A stretch of DNA of 64,000 nucleotides from an uncultured Nitrospiraceae bacterium (GTDB lineage: Bacteria > Nitrospirota > Thermodesulfovibrionia > Thermodesulfovibrionales > Dissulfurispiraceae), in the NCBI GenBank assembly GCA_963705105.1, contig CAVPIW010000010.1, positions 64,001 through 128,000 of the forward strand. Reading direction: 5' to 3'. Below are positions 54,735 to 64,000 of this stretch, one piece after another. A program made the translations under genes and the position numbers. Every line of letters begins with the position of its first letter. Positions within the stretch are counted from its first letter, which is position 1. The notes beneath the pieces were generated by a model. It was not told where the DNA came from. It was given only the letters and a program-made list of their open reading frames with translations, and did not search any database.

Positions 54735-55199
54735 ATGCGCCCTGCAACGCTCAAACACCTCCACTCGGCAGGCGGCGTCCTGTACCGCAGACGGCATGAT
54801 GCCGCCGAGATCGCCCTCATCGCGCTCAAGGGAAAGTCCGTCTGGACCCTGCCCAAGGGGCTCATCGACAGGGGAGAGCAGCCGGAAGCGACGGCCGTCA
54901 GGGAGATCATCGAAGAGACAGGCCTCACAGGCAGGATCGTCGACCTGCTCGGAGAGCGGTCCTACTGGTTCTTCCTGAAAGATGACAACGTCAAGTGCCG
55001 GAAAACCGTGACCTACTACCTGCTCGAGTACGTCAGCGGCGACATCGAGAATTACGGGTGGGAAGTCGATGAGGCCCGGTGGTTCCCCATCGACGAGGCG
55101 GTCGGAAGGGTGTTCTACAAGAGTGACCGCGAGATTCTCCGGAAAGCCGGCGAGAAGATCGCCCGGATCCGGGACTCCTCCGGCCCGTCAGGGACATGA
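54735..55199 (+). CDS. NUDIX hydrolase
   Basis: SAGGV, LPKGLIDRGEQPEATAVREIIEETG Nudix box. Confidence 0.9.
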   Translation: MRPATLKHLHSAGGVLYRRRHDAAEIALIALKGKSVWTLPKGLIDRGEQPEATAVREIIEETGLTGRIVDLLGERSYWFFLKDDNVKCRKTVTYYLLEYVSGDIENYGWEVDEARWFPIDEAVGRVFYKSDREILRKAGEKIARIRDSSGPSGT

Positions 55200-55663
55200 G
55201 CAAGGTCGCCGGGCGCAACGCCCTGAAGGAGACCGTCGACGGCCTGAAGGCACTCGGCAAAAAGATCGTCTTCACGAACGGGTGTTTCGACCTCATCCAT
55301 GTCGGCCATGTGAGATACCTCCGGGAGGCGAAGGCCCTGGGCGACGTCCTCGTCGTCGGGCTGAACTCCGATGATTCCGTGAGGAGGCTCAAGCCGAACA
55401 GGCCTGTCATCCCCGAGGCCGAGAGGACCGAGGTGCTGGCCGCCCTTGAAATGGTGGACTATGTAACCCTCTTCCACGAAGATACCCCCTATGAGCTCAT
55501 CAGTCTGCTGCGGCCGGACGTCCTTGTCAAGGGAGGGGACTGGAAGAAAGAGGACATCGTCGGCGCCGACATCGTCCCTGACGTCCGCAGCCTCCCCTAT
55601 GTCGACAACATCTCGACGACGGGCATCATAGAGAGGATCCTCGCCCTCCCGCGCAGCGGGTGA
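55196..55663 (+). CDS. rfaE2: D-glycero-beta-D-manno-heptose 1-phosphate adenylyltransferase
   Basis: FTNGCFDLIHVGH, GLNSDDSV, VKGGDW, STTGII. Confidence 0.92.
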   Translation: MSKVAGRNALKETVDGLKALGKKIVFTNGCFDLIHVGHVRYLREAKALGDVLVVGLNSDDSVRRLKPNRPVIPEAERTEVLAALEMVDYVTLFHEDTPYELISLLRPDVLVKGGDWKKEDIVGADIVPDVRSLPYVDNISTTGIIERILALPRSG

Positions 55664-55796
55664 GACTAATCGCCCCGTCACGCTGTGACTGCCGCCACCC
55701 GAACTACGTGGATACATCAGGCGGGGACTATGCCATACGGGTGGGCCGAAAGCGCCGGAGTGAAAAACGATCAGCTATCCTCGCTCAGCTGTATCA

Positions 55797-55998
55797 ACCT
55801 TGAGTTGCATAAAAAGGCGGGGCGAAGCGCTCTGAAAAACAGTGTCAGTGACAGTGTGAGTGTCAGCAAAAGGTTCACCCTTTTTCAGCCGCCGGCCTGA
55901 AATGGTCTTTATGGAAAGGCAAAGGTTTTGAAGCACCGATGCTTTTCGGCGCATTCACCCCAGCCCCGCCTTTCCAAAAAGCATATGCAACGATAAGG
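55797..55998. repeat. E1 variant, reverse orientation
   Basis: aaccttgagttgcataaaaaggcgggg...gcatatgcaacgataagg; reverse complement of the inner element at 13020-13180. Confidence 0.88.
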
Positions 55999-57045
55999 TT
56001 ATCTGTTCCGGACAAGTGTGTCAACTGAAATATCCCCTGAACAGGAAAGAGGGGGCAATCCAAAGGAAACGAACCTTTCTCCGAGATAGGGAGGGGTCAC
56101 ATGCAACGGTACTGCGGCGTCTTCAAGTCCCGGAAACAGAAAAGTGGGCATCAGCAAAGTGTCCGGCTCGAAGGGAAGTGTACCGATGTACGGGCAGGTG
56201 ATCCGGCCTGTGTCATAATCGATTTGGCCGTGGAGACCCGTTATTCTCAGTATGTACCCTCCTGCCGCTTCTTCGACAAGCCCGTTGAATATCATGCTTA
56301 TGACGCCGGTGCCGCTGGCGACGCATGAGTTCGGAAATGCGACGGTGTACGTTGCGACGCCGCCTCCTGTCCCGCCTACCTGGTTGCCCTGTTTTATGCC
56401 GAAGGGAATAAACGCTTCCTCCTTAAATGAGAGGGATCCGTCGGGGGTCGTGCATTGAAGATCGTATACCAGCCTTGCCACTTTTGACTTCACCACGATA
56501 AAGGGATTGGCATAAATGTAGAAGGCGGGTAGCCGGGGAGCATCCGACCCGTGGCGCGAAGATGCGGCAGAGGAGGAAGACAACCCGCCTGCCGGGATGA
56601 CAAGGACGTAGACCGTGTAATCTCCGTCGGGAAGGACGGAAATATCGATGTTTCCCCAGATGGTCTCGTTCACCGGACCCTTCGTCGCGGACTTCCATGC
56701 TACGAGACCCGCATTCAGAGACTGGACAGAGAGATCGGGTCTCACGATGAGGGTGTCGTTTACGGGGGCGGGAACAGAAATACCGACGATTATGTCGACA
56801 GCCTCCTCGAACTCATCGAAACCTATCTGAAGGCGTAACGTGTTGTCACCGGCAGAGAGAGGACCGATGCCGACGGGATGCGCAGCGGCAGGATCTGATT
56901 TTATCGAAGGGTTGCCCGACGGCAGTATCGAGAAGACCTCCTGCCCGAGAGGCAGGGGAATCGCCGCGTGAACCGGGCCGCTCATGATAACCGATAACAG
57001 AAGAACCGATAGCATGGTCTCCTTCACAATCGTCCTCCTCGCCAT
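55999..57045 (-). CDS. Secreted hypothetical protein
   Basis: Signal peptide ending VHA; 348-aa ORF. Confidence 0.7.
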   Translation of the reverse strand: MARRTIVKETMLSVLLLSVIMSGPVHAAIPLPLGQEVFSILPSGNPSIKSDPAAAHPVGIGPLSAGDNTLRLQIGFDEFEEAVDIIVGISVPAPVNDTLIVRPDLSVQSLNAGLVAWKSATKGPVNETIWGNIDISVLPDGDYTVYVLVIPAGGLSSSSAASSRHGSDAPRLPAFYIYANPFIVVKSKVARLVYDLQCTTPDGSLSFKEEAFIPFGIKQGNQVGGTGGGVATYTVAFPNSCVASGTGVISMIFNGLVEEAAGGYILRITGLHGQIDYDTGRITCPYIGTLPFEPDTLLMPTFLFPGLEDAAVPLHVTPPYLGERFVSFGLPPLSCSGDISVDTLVRNR

Positions 57046-57436
57046 TGACTGGCTGTTTGCTTTCTTTCTTCATGTATAACCGAGAACGGGGGGAAAGTCA
57101 ATCACTCTTTCTTGGGGTCAGACTTGCGAATTGCTTTAAGCAGGCGGACTGTCTCATGAGATGCCGGCCATTTTGAACATTAAGATATCTGACTTCTTGC
57201 ACTAATTCTCTGCTGTTGCTTTAAGAATCTGCATTATTCTGTGACATTTATGATGACGCTTCTCCCACCCCTCCCATTCCCGCGGGTCAATCGTTTCGCC
57301 AAGTGACCAATGAAATGCAATCGCTCCTTGAGAATCCCTCCATGCTCATTCTCACTGTGCGGGCAATCACTGCCATTGAGTCAACAATTGGAATATCTTT
57401 AAGGCGATACCCATCTTGATCCGACACGAGTGCGCA

Positions 57437-57820
57437 ATGGAAAAACATACATGTTTCAGAACACATATCCTCTCCGCCTGCAGAACACTCTTAATCCTCC
57501 TTCTGTCCACAGGCCCGGCCCTGTCACAGACGATGCCATCTTCGCACGGCGCCTATTATCCTGCCATCTTTGTCACCGATAACAAAGAAAACACCTATGC
57601 ATATTCAGTCACAGATGCGTCATCGTCGAAAGAAGAGATCGACGGGATAAAAAAAGGGCGGAATGATATGAAGGATATCGATTTGATCTACCCGGAAAAC
57701 GACGTCGCCAAATGCAGGACGCTGCGGACACATGTTATCAACGGCAAGGCGGCACAGATTGCCTATTACGTCTACTTCGGACGGGACGCTGACGGGGTAT
57801 GGAGGATCGATAGGTTTTAG
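57437..57820 (+). CDS. Hypothetical protein, possibly an internally deleted remnant of a larger secreted protein
   Basis: Signal-like N-terminus, PKD-like YYPAIFVTD, C-terminal YYVYFGRDADGVWRIDRF. Confidence 0.5.
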   Translation: MEKHTCFRTHILSACRTLLILLLSTGPALSQTMPSSHGAYYPAIFVTDNKENTYAYSVTDASSSKEEIDGIKKGRNDMKDIDLIYPENDVAKCRTLRTHVINGKAAQIAYYVYFGRDADGVWRIDRF

Positions 57821-57845
57821 GGAAGTTGCAGGAAGGAGGGAACTG

Positions 57846-60461
57846 ATGTTCGGAAGTGTAATGATTATGCTGGTGGTGCTCTTTTTTGCCGGTCTTGATT
57901 CCGCGCATGCAAGCATCGGGTGGATTGTCTATTACGAAGATGCTTTTCAGGGAAAAGTCATCGATACGGACACGAAAGAACCGATAGAGGGAGCCGTGGT
58001 CGTGGCTGGCTACGCTATCAGAACATATGGCTTGATCGAATCCGATACAGACGTTGTTGACGCAAAAGAAGTGCTCACGAATAAGAAGGGGGAATTCTAC
58101 ATCCCTGCTCATATTTTCTTCAGTCTTTATCCAGTCGCCAGGGGTGAGACACCGGAGTTTATCGTCTACAAACCGGGCTACACCGCTTATCCCGGGAGAG
58201 GATACGATTATTTTAGTTATTTCCCCCGCGGCCCTTTGAGTACTGGTATTGATAATACGGCGAGACTATTCAAGAAAGGTGTGACAGTTGAACTGAAAAA
58301 GTTAGCGATAGCCGAGGAACGATTGAGAAACGTCCCAGCCGGATTCAATGACATGCGATCAAGACAACTTCCTCTTCTCTATCGGGCAATCAATGAGGAG
58401 AGAAAACTTTTCCGATTGAAGGAGGTCTATAAAATGAGATGGTTGAAATATACTGCAATTTCATTTATTGCATTAATCTGCTTTTCCTCTCCTTGTTTCT
58501 CCTTGGAGACTGTCTCACATGAATTCCTCAATGAAAAAATTGCATCAGGCTCTACGGGATACTCCCTTCACTCACTATTGATAAACAGGATCGGTATGAG
58601 AGACGGGGTGGAAACTGAATTAAATGGCAAAGAAGTGTGGAGATGGGTCCGCGACGGCGGACTCTATGAAGACAGGCCGCCCTTTGCCATGCCCTATTCG
58701 CGGTCATTCAACCATTTCCATGATCCCCTCTCCAATGTCGGTTATCTTGGATTATGGAGTTCATCGGTGATATGGGGCCAATTGCCAAGAACGACTCAAT
58801 CACAGGGGGGCTGGTACTCGTGGCACGATGCGAGAAATTATTTCTATCAGGCCCTCACGAGAAAGAGTAACAGGGAAAAAGAAGAGCAATGGGCGAGGAC
58901 CTTCCGTGCCCTCGGGCAGCTCATGCATCTCGTGCAGGACTCCTCGGTCCCCTCTCACGTGAGAAACGACGGGCATCCCGATGGGTTCGAGTACGAGGAT
59001 TGGCTGAAAAAGCATCCCGAGTTCCTGCGCCATTTCACTTCACCCGTTTCATTCGACAGATCTGTCCTGTTTTCTGAAACAAATCGACCGGGCATGTGCC
59101 CGATTACGCCCCTATTCGACACAAATACATATAATGGCTTTAATCCTCTCGCCACGTTGAGCCCTACTGTCGGCCTCACCGAATTCACCAACGCCAATTT
59201 CTTCAGCGAAGACACGATCTTCAGAGGCTATCCCCATCCGGCAGTCGAAGACACAACCTATGGAGACATCACTTGGGCGAATCCTGAAATAACGGATGCG
59301 GAGGATCGTATCAAAGACAATGTCATCTATATCAGGGATAAAAAGAACGGATATCGCCTTGCTGCAATGGGATATTTCTCTTATGATGTGAAGAGAAAAC
59401 TTTCCTCCGGCGAGCAGGTCGACAAGGGCTATGAATTTCTTCCCCTGGTGCTGTATGACGACATCTACAGAGATTACGCCGCCCATCTCATTCCCCGTGC
59501 CGTCGGGTACTCGACCGGCCTTCTGGACTACTTCTTCAGGGGCAACATCTACATCGGTCCCACCGACAAAGGCGTCTTCTCCTTCATCCACTACGACGAC
59601 GATCCGGGCAAAGGGTTCCAGAAGCTCACACTCAGCGCATTGAACATCACCTCCTCCGGTGAAGAGATGCGCGACGGCAGCATTGAACTGGTCGTGAAGT
59701 TCAAGCGGGCACTTGAGAATCCCTTCCGTGTCCGCACCTCACCGGTTCCTGTGACCGAAGAGTTCGAATACAAGGTCTATCCGGAGGCCCAGGGTATCCG
59801 GTCAATTCCCCGCACGGAGTTCGCCACCCTCGAATTCGACCTGAGCAGCGATCCCATCCCCCTGGAAGCCGTCGATCTGTCCATCCAGATCGTCTACAAG
59901 GGACGGCTCGGCGCAGAGGCGGAGGCTGTCGTCGTGGGGTTCAGCAACATCGGGGAACCCACCCCTTTTGATGTGTATAACAGCATGGACCGCTTCTGCC
60001 TGTATAACAAGTGGTACATTGCGGGAAGCGACGAGATCCTGCAGCAGACGGACCCTCTCGGCAGGCCCATCACCATGACTGCCGACGTCTTCTCCCACGA
60101 TCTGAAAGACATCTATGTGAGGTTTTCCTTCTACTGGACGCCGAAGGCAGTTTCACCGACAGACTACCAGTATCACATTCCTCTGCTCAAGGCGGGACAG
60201 TACAAGCGGGTCTATCTGCTGACCGAATCCTATTTCATCGTCAGTCTTTACCCGTCCAAGATCGAGCACACCGATCCTGAGGACAACCTGTGGATGAGAC
60301 CGATGCCGGTGATGACCTATGCTGAAGCGGCTGTCTGGAATCAGGAGGGGTCGATTCCCCGGGGATGGACATTCAGGGGATTGGACACCTTCGCCAATGC
60401 CATCATTCTCCCCTGGCCCTTTACTGCGACGTCGAAATGCGATCCGAAATACATTCCGTAA
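57846..60461 (+). CDS. In-frame fusion of a carboxypeptidase-regulatory-like (Ig) protein with a Zn-phospholipase C/S1-P1 nuclease-like secreted protein (internal start 58434)
   Basis: GKVIDTDTKEPIEGAVV; second RBS ggagg and ATG at 58434 with its own signal peptide; NHFHDP, LGQLMHLVQDSSVPSHVRND.H, YE. Confidence 0.7.
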   Translation: MFGSVMIMLVVLFFAGLDSAHASIGWIVYYEDAFQGKVIDTDTKEPIEGAVVVAGYAIRTYGLIESDTDVVDAKEVLTNKKGEFYIPAHIFFSLYPVARGETPEFIVYKPGYTAYPGRGYDYFSYFPRGPLSTGIDNTARLFKKGVTVELKKLAIAEERLRNVPAGFNDMRSRQLPLLYRAINEERKLFRLKEVYKMRWLKYTAISFIALICFSSPCFSLETVSHEFLNEKIASGSTGYSLHSLLINRIGMRDGVETELNGKEVWRWVRDGGLYEDRPPFAMPYSRSFNHFHDPLSNVGYLGLWSSSVIWGQLPRTTQSQGGWYSWHDARNYFYQALTRKSNREKEEQWARTFRALGQLMHLVQDSSVPSHVRNDGHPDGFEYEDWLKKHPEFLRHFTSPVSFDRSVLFSETNRPGMCPITPLFDTNTYNGFNPLATLSPTVGLTEFTNANFFSEDTIFRGYPHPAVEDTTYGDITWANPEITDAEDRIKDNVIYIRDKKNGYRLAAMGYFSYDVKRKLSSGEQVDKGYEFLPLVLYDDIYRDYAAHLIPRAVGYSTGLLDYFFRGNIYIGPTDKGVFSFIHYDDDPGKGFQKLTLSALNITSSGEEMRDGSIELVVKFKRALENPFRVRTSPVPVTEEFEYKVYPEAQGIRSIPRTEFATLEFDLSSDPIPLEAVDLSIQIVYKGRLGAEAEAVVVGFSNIGEPTPFDVYNSMDRFCLYNKWYIAGSDEILQQTDPLGRPITMTADVFSHDLKDIYVRFSFYWTPKAVSPTDYQYHIPLLKAGQYKRVYLLTESYFIVSLYPSKIEHTDPEDNLWMRPMPVMTYAEAAVWNQEGSIPRGWTFRGLDTFANAIILPWPFTATSKCDPKYIP

Positions 60462-60837
60462 TTATAACCATCGGGAACTGAACGCATTTGTGGCTTAGAA
60501 ACGAAGCAGACTCCGAGTTCGGCGGGATAGTTCGCTCCCACGCTGCCGTCCCGACGGGTTTTGTTCCTCGAACAGCATCACTTCATGGTTTCCTTCCCTC
60601 AGATACGTAAGCGCTTATTTGCCGAGCATGAAACCGAATTTCTTTACGGTGCTCAACTGGGCAAAAAACCGGTTCTCTGCCGCCATGGTCTCCTCGCTGC
60701 AGGACTTGCGCGTCGTGCCGATCTGGCTCTTTATTCCCACTCCCGGTATATTCTCTATCATGTCATGATACAAAATATATCATCATCTGTCTGTTCTCAT
60801 CATTGAACTCCCTGTAATCCCGACCCGTCTCTCACCT

Positions 60838-61908
60838 CTACAGCGCCCTCAAACGCAGCACCTTTTCGGCGTTCCCGAGGATATCGTCAGAAAAGCCGTG
60901 AGCCCTCTTGATCCGTATGTCCCGGTCGAGGGGGTTCTTGGTCCTGCAGATCTTGACGTACTCTTCGGGAGTGATGTCATGCGTAAACCAGGGAAGATGG
61001 GGCCACCCGTCGATGGGGATCGGAAAATCGGTGCCGTGGACCAGCCATTCCGGCGGAAAGGTCCCGACGATACCGGGGATGATCGGAAGGCGAGTCGACA
61101 GTGAAAGCGCTGAGGTATCCGCCCAGAGCCTCACCGTCCCGTCAGCGTTTGCATCCTTCATGAAGGCAAGAAAGTCCGCCACGTCGTTGCGGTCGATGAC
61201 CGGAAACACCGGTGAGGCGCAATGGGCCGCGATGACGGTTGCGCCCTCCGCAAGGGGCTTTTCGAGGCCCCTGAAGTGATCCAGTTCCGTATTACGTATC
61301 CCCTCGGGAAAGGAATACTCGGGGCCCACATGACAGAGAAGGGGCATCTGCGCAGCTGCGAGGGCGCTATAGAAGTCCCTGTGTTTTTCGTCTCTCACGT
61401 CTATGTGCTGCGTCGAGGGTATCCACTTGATTAAGACCGCGTCTGTCTCGTCCAGGACATAGGCAAGTTCGGATTCCCAGTCCCTCCTGTTCGGGCTGAC
61501 CGAGGCGCCGAGGTAGAATGTCTTCTCTATCCCTTCGGACCTGAGCCGGCTGTTCAGCGCCTCAACCTTGCGCGCCAGTAGCCTGTTCGACACCCAGAGA
61601 TCCGTCTTTTCTTCATCCAACATGCCCGTCTCTGGAGAATAGACGGCGTCGAGGGCGAGGAGGACGATCCCGTCAGTTTCCGTGGAGGAAGAGAGCATGC
61701 GGTAGAGCAAGGCGAAGTATTCGTCAGTCGATATCATGCCGTCCCTGTTCAGGTCTGCTTCCATTCTCTCCAGGTCTTCCTGGATCAGGCAGGCGAGCAT
61801 CCTCGTGAACAGGAGCTGATTGTCCTCCGCATAGAGGTACACGTCGTTGTCCATATCGTGAATGTCCGTGCCGTTTCCTATCACGTGGCAATGCATATCG
61901 ATTTTCAT
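60838..61908 (-). CDS. Amidohydrolase family protein
   Basis: IDMHCH, LLCHVG, IAAHCA, ADTSA, HGTDFP. Confidence 0.85.
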   Translation of the reverse strand: MKIDMHCHVIGNGTDIHDMDNDVYLYAEDNQLLFTRMLACLIQEDLERMEADLNRDGMISTDEYFALLYRMLSSSTETDGIVLLALDAVYSPETGMLDEEKTDLWVSNRLLARKVEALNSRLRSEGIEKTFYLGASVSPNRRDWESELAYVLDETDAVLIKWIPSTQHIDVRDEKHRDFYSALAAAQMPLLCHVGPEYSFPEGIRNTELDHFRGLEKPLAEGATVIAAHCASPVFPVIDRNDVADFLAFMKDANADGTVRLWADTSALSLSTRLPIIPGIVGTFPPEWLVHGTDFPIPIDGWPHLPWFTHDITPEEYVKICRTKNPLDRDIRIKRAHGFSDDILGNAEKVLRLRAL

Positions 61909-62074
61909 CTCATCCCCCTCTCCGATCTGCTCGATTGCTCCCCGGTTTCAATTCCCCAACACCTCTTTAGTGTGTGCCGACAGCCGTAATGACAATTCCT
62001 CTTTCCGTGAGCATATATGTCGCTCTATAGTTCGTCGTTATGCTGAATGCCCATTGATCGGCACTTTGTGCAAG

Positions 62075-62596
62075 TTATGCGGAACGTTCGGTCGTTCCAG
62101 TCCAGGGAGTCATTCGGGGCACCCACCGGGGCACATTTGCCCGGTACGCTTCATATGCATTGCCGTACCGACGGCGCAACGTCGGCTCCTCATACCATAG
62201 AACAAAGGCATTGAAAGACATCCATACGACCGTCGCATACCCAATCAGCGACACGCTGCCGAAAAGGAAGGCCTGGCCTGCGATCATGCCCACGACCGCG
62301 AGGTACATGGGATTGCGCACGTACCGGTAAAGTCCTGAGACCACGAGCGCCTCCGTCGGGGCCACCGGCGCCGGCGTGCCGCGCCCCTCCAGCGCGAAGC
62401 GCACAAAGCAGTGCACGAGACTCACCACCCCCATGACAACCAGCATCCCCCCTGCAAACCGCACCGCCAGAACGCCGAGAAACGACGGTTCGAAGCGCCA
62501 TTTGGAGATCATGTAGGGAACCAATCCCGCAACGGCTCCCGGCGCCAATACGAAGAAGATTACGGAACCGACGGTAGACCCAGCCTTTCCTGCCAT
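62075..62596 (-). CDS. Isoprenylcysteine carboxylmethyltransferase/PEMT-like membrane protein
   Basis: GRGTPAP, GLYRYVRNPMY, EEPTL, Y..Y...VPRW. Confidence 0.88.
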   Translation of the reverse strand: MAGKAGSTVGSVIFFVLAPGAVAGLVPYMISKWRFEPSFLGVLAVRFAGGMLVVMGVVSLVHCFVRFALEGRGTPAPVAPTEALVVSGLYRYVRNPMYLAVVGMIAGQAFLFGSVSLIGYATVVWMSFNAFVLWYEEPTLRRRYGNAYEAYRANVPRWVPRMTPWTGTTERSA

Positions 62597-62696
62597 GGAT
62601 TCATCTCAGTGGGATGGCTTCGCTTCTTCCCATCTTGGTCTGTCATCTGATCCGCCTCTCGCCAGCATTATTCTTTTGTTGCCGACTGCATTGTGC

Positions 62697-63035
62697 CTAT
62701 CCGGCCGATTCACTGTAGCGCCTTGTTCGATGGGGCGTTTTTGTGTCCTTCCCTTCTTTCACAAGTCTTAGGTCTATACGATACCCGAGGGCGTGAGCGT
62801 ACTTCCGCAAGGTAGCCAGTGAGGGAGAATGTTTGCCTCGACCAGACTCAAGACGGGCCACTGCTGACTGGGTCGTCCCCATCTTCTCGGCCACCTCCGC
62901 CTGGCTCATACAGGCAGATGACCGTGCCTTCAGGAACTCGTCGAGAAATGCAAACTCATCTTCAAGACGATCGTACTCAGCCTTTACGTCTTCACGCTCC
63001 AGAGCTCGGGACTTAAGTTCTTTGTGTGTGAGCAT
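62697..63035 (-). CDS. XRE-family HTH antitoxin (HigA-like)
   Basis: MSQAEVAEKMGTTQSAVARLESG, PSLATLRKYA. Confidence 0.88.
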   Translation of the reverse strand: MLTHKELKSRALEREDVKAEYDRLEDEFAFLDEFLKARSSACMSQAEVAEKMGTTQSAVARLESGRGKHSPSLATLRKYAHALGYRIDLRLVKEGKDTKTPHRTRRYSESAG

Positions 63036-63354
63036 CTCTGACCTCCTTCATTCGTCGCCGAGCTATGGCAAGCTCTTTCGGCGGCGTCTTCTGAGTCTTC
63101 TTGGTGAACTGCTGTAGGATCACGATTCTCTTTCCGATCAATGTTCAGTAAAATACGCGGGCAATGCCTTCCACGGCTTTCAGTCGTAGTTCGAACAACC
63201 CGTCGCCCATAGCTCGCGTATGTGGCATGCCCAGATCAGGACCGTAGATTTCCATACCGTCGGTGTACCGCAAGTAACGGCCAAGAAGACCGGCCGGAAA
63301 GGCAAGGACGTCTTCTTGGAGAGCCTCGCTGTAATATGTGATCGTCCAGCTCAC
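63013..63354 (-). pseudogene. RelE/HigB (Gp49-like) toxin with an in-frame TGA
   Basis: GMPHTRAMGDGLFELRL...RVFY*TLIGKRIVILQQFTKKTQKTP; TGA at 63145-63147. Confidence 0.85.
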
Positions 63355-63580
63355 ATGTCAATTATAGCACATTTGCTATGCCGAAGCGCATGAATCTCCT
63401 TGAATTAAAAGCTGCGCACGACTAAGTGCAGCTCTCACAGGCTGAGAAGCAGCAGGAGAGCGACCACAGCAAAACGAGTGCTTTCCGCCCGTGGTCCCCG
63501 GCGAGTTGCCGCAGTACGGCGATGACTCATGTCCAAACCTCTGTTCTTCAAGCTCTCGATGTCCTCACCGACTTCATATG

Positions 63581-63829
63581 TCAGTCGAACAGTTCCTCGA
63601 GAAAAGACTTCTTTTTGTATTTCTTGTATTCGTGGTGGCCGCCATGTTCTTTTTCCTGGTGATCAGTTTTCCGCCTGTAATTCTCCGAGGTCTGCATGCC
63701 CGATCGTTCGATGATCTTGTCGAGTTCCCCCCGGTCCAGCCAGACTCCCCGGCACTGCGGGCAGTAGTCGATCTCAATTCCCTGGCGCTCAGACATCTGC
63801 AAGTCAATTGTACAAACAGGACATTTCAT
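63581..63829 (-). CDS. zf-TFIIB zinc-ribbon protein
   Basis: MKCPVC...EIDYCPQCRGVWLDRGELDKII...KKKSFLEELFD. Confidence 0.9.
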   Translation of the reverse strand: MKCPVCTIDLQMSERQGIEIDYCPQCRGVWLDRGELDKIIERSGMQTSENYRRKTDHQEKEHGGHHEYKKYKKKSFLEELFD

Positions 63830-64000
63830 GGTTTCCTCCTTACATCCATGGTTTAAACCCTAACGAACCTCAGTCAGCATTATTTGCAACGCCTCATGAG
63901 CCTGCAAACACCCAGTCCGCCTCGGTCGCATCAGCTCCGGCCACGATGAAGACTTACCCTGAAGCTGCATCGGCTCCCGCATCGGCCGTGCGTCTGTTCA

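Noticed and set aside
63120..63147. Selenocysteine at the toxin TGA
   Set aside because: No convincing SECIS-like hairpin downstream and RelE toxins are not known selenoproteins
63850..64000. Riboswitch upstream of the zf-TFIIB gene
   Set aside because: No recognisable consensus by eye and the region is cut by the window edge; needs an Rfam scan

Overview
64-kb GC-rich bacterial chromosomal window. The gene content and order suggest a Nitrospirota/Desulfobacterota-like Gram-negative organism (inference). Housekeeping blocks: degQ, sfsA, ahcY-metK-asd-leuB-leuD, miaA, lpxK, a CIRCE-controlled triple Hsp20 operon, gnnA-gnnB-lpxB-msbA-waaA, sirC, bamD, and uppS-cdsA-dxr-rseP-NUDIX-rfaE2. Accessory DNA between them includes: (1) a secreted multicopper oxidase-FN3/SCO/cytochrome c cluster; (2) an AT-richer, translationally coupled six-gene operon (RHH, NADAR, SIS-HAD, PRTase, P-loop ATPase, unknown) that looks like a decaying nucleotide-centred defence/conflict system, capped by an IS481-like element; (3) a block between two broken nupC copies, carrying an IS4-like insertion and BrnTA; (4) two toxin-antitoxin pairs whose toxin alone is inactivated; (5) a fused Ig-like/Zn-phospholipase C-like secreted ORF. 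Many intergenic spaces are filled with modular, nested inverted-repeat elements (about 12 copies of one family). Several of these end exactly at stop codons, and a second family sits in-frame inside two ORFs. No rRNA, tRNA or CRISPR array was recognised. All product calls come from motif reading, not database searches.
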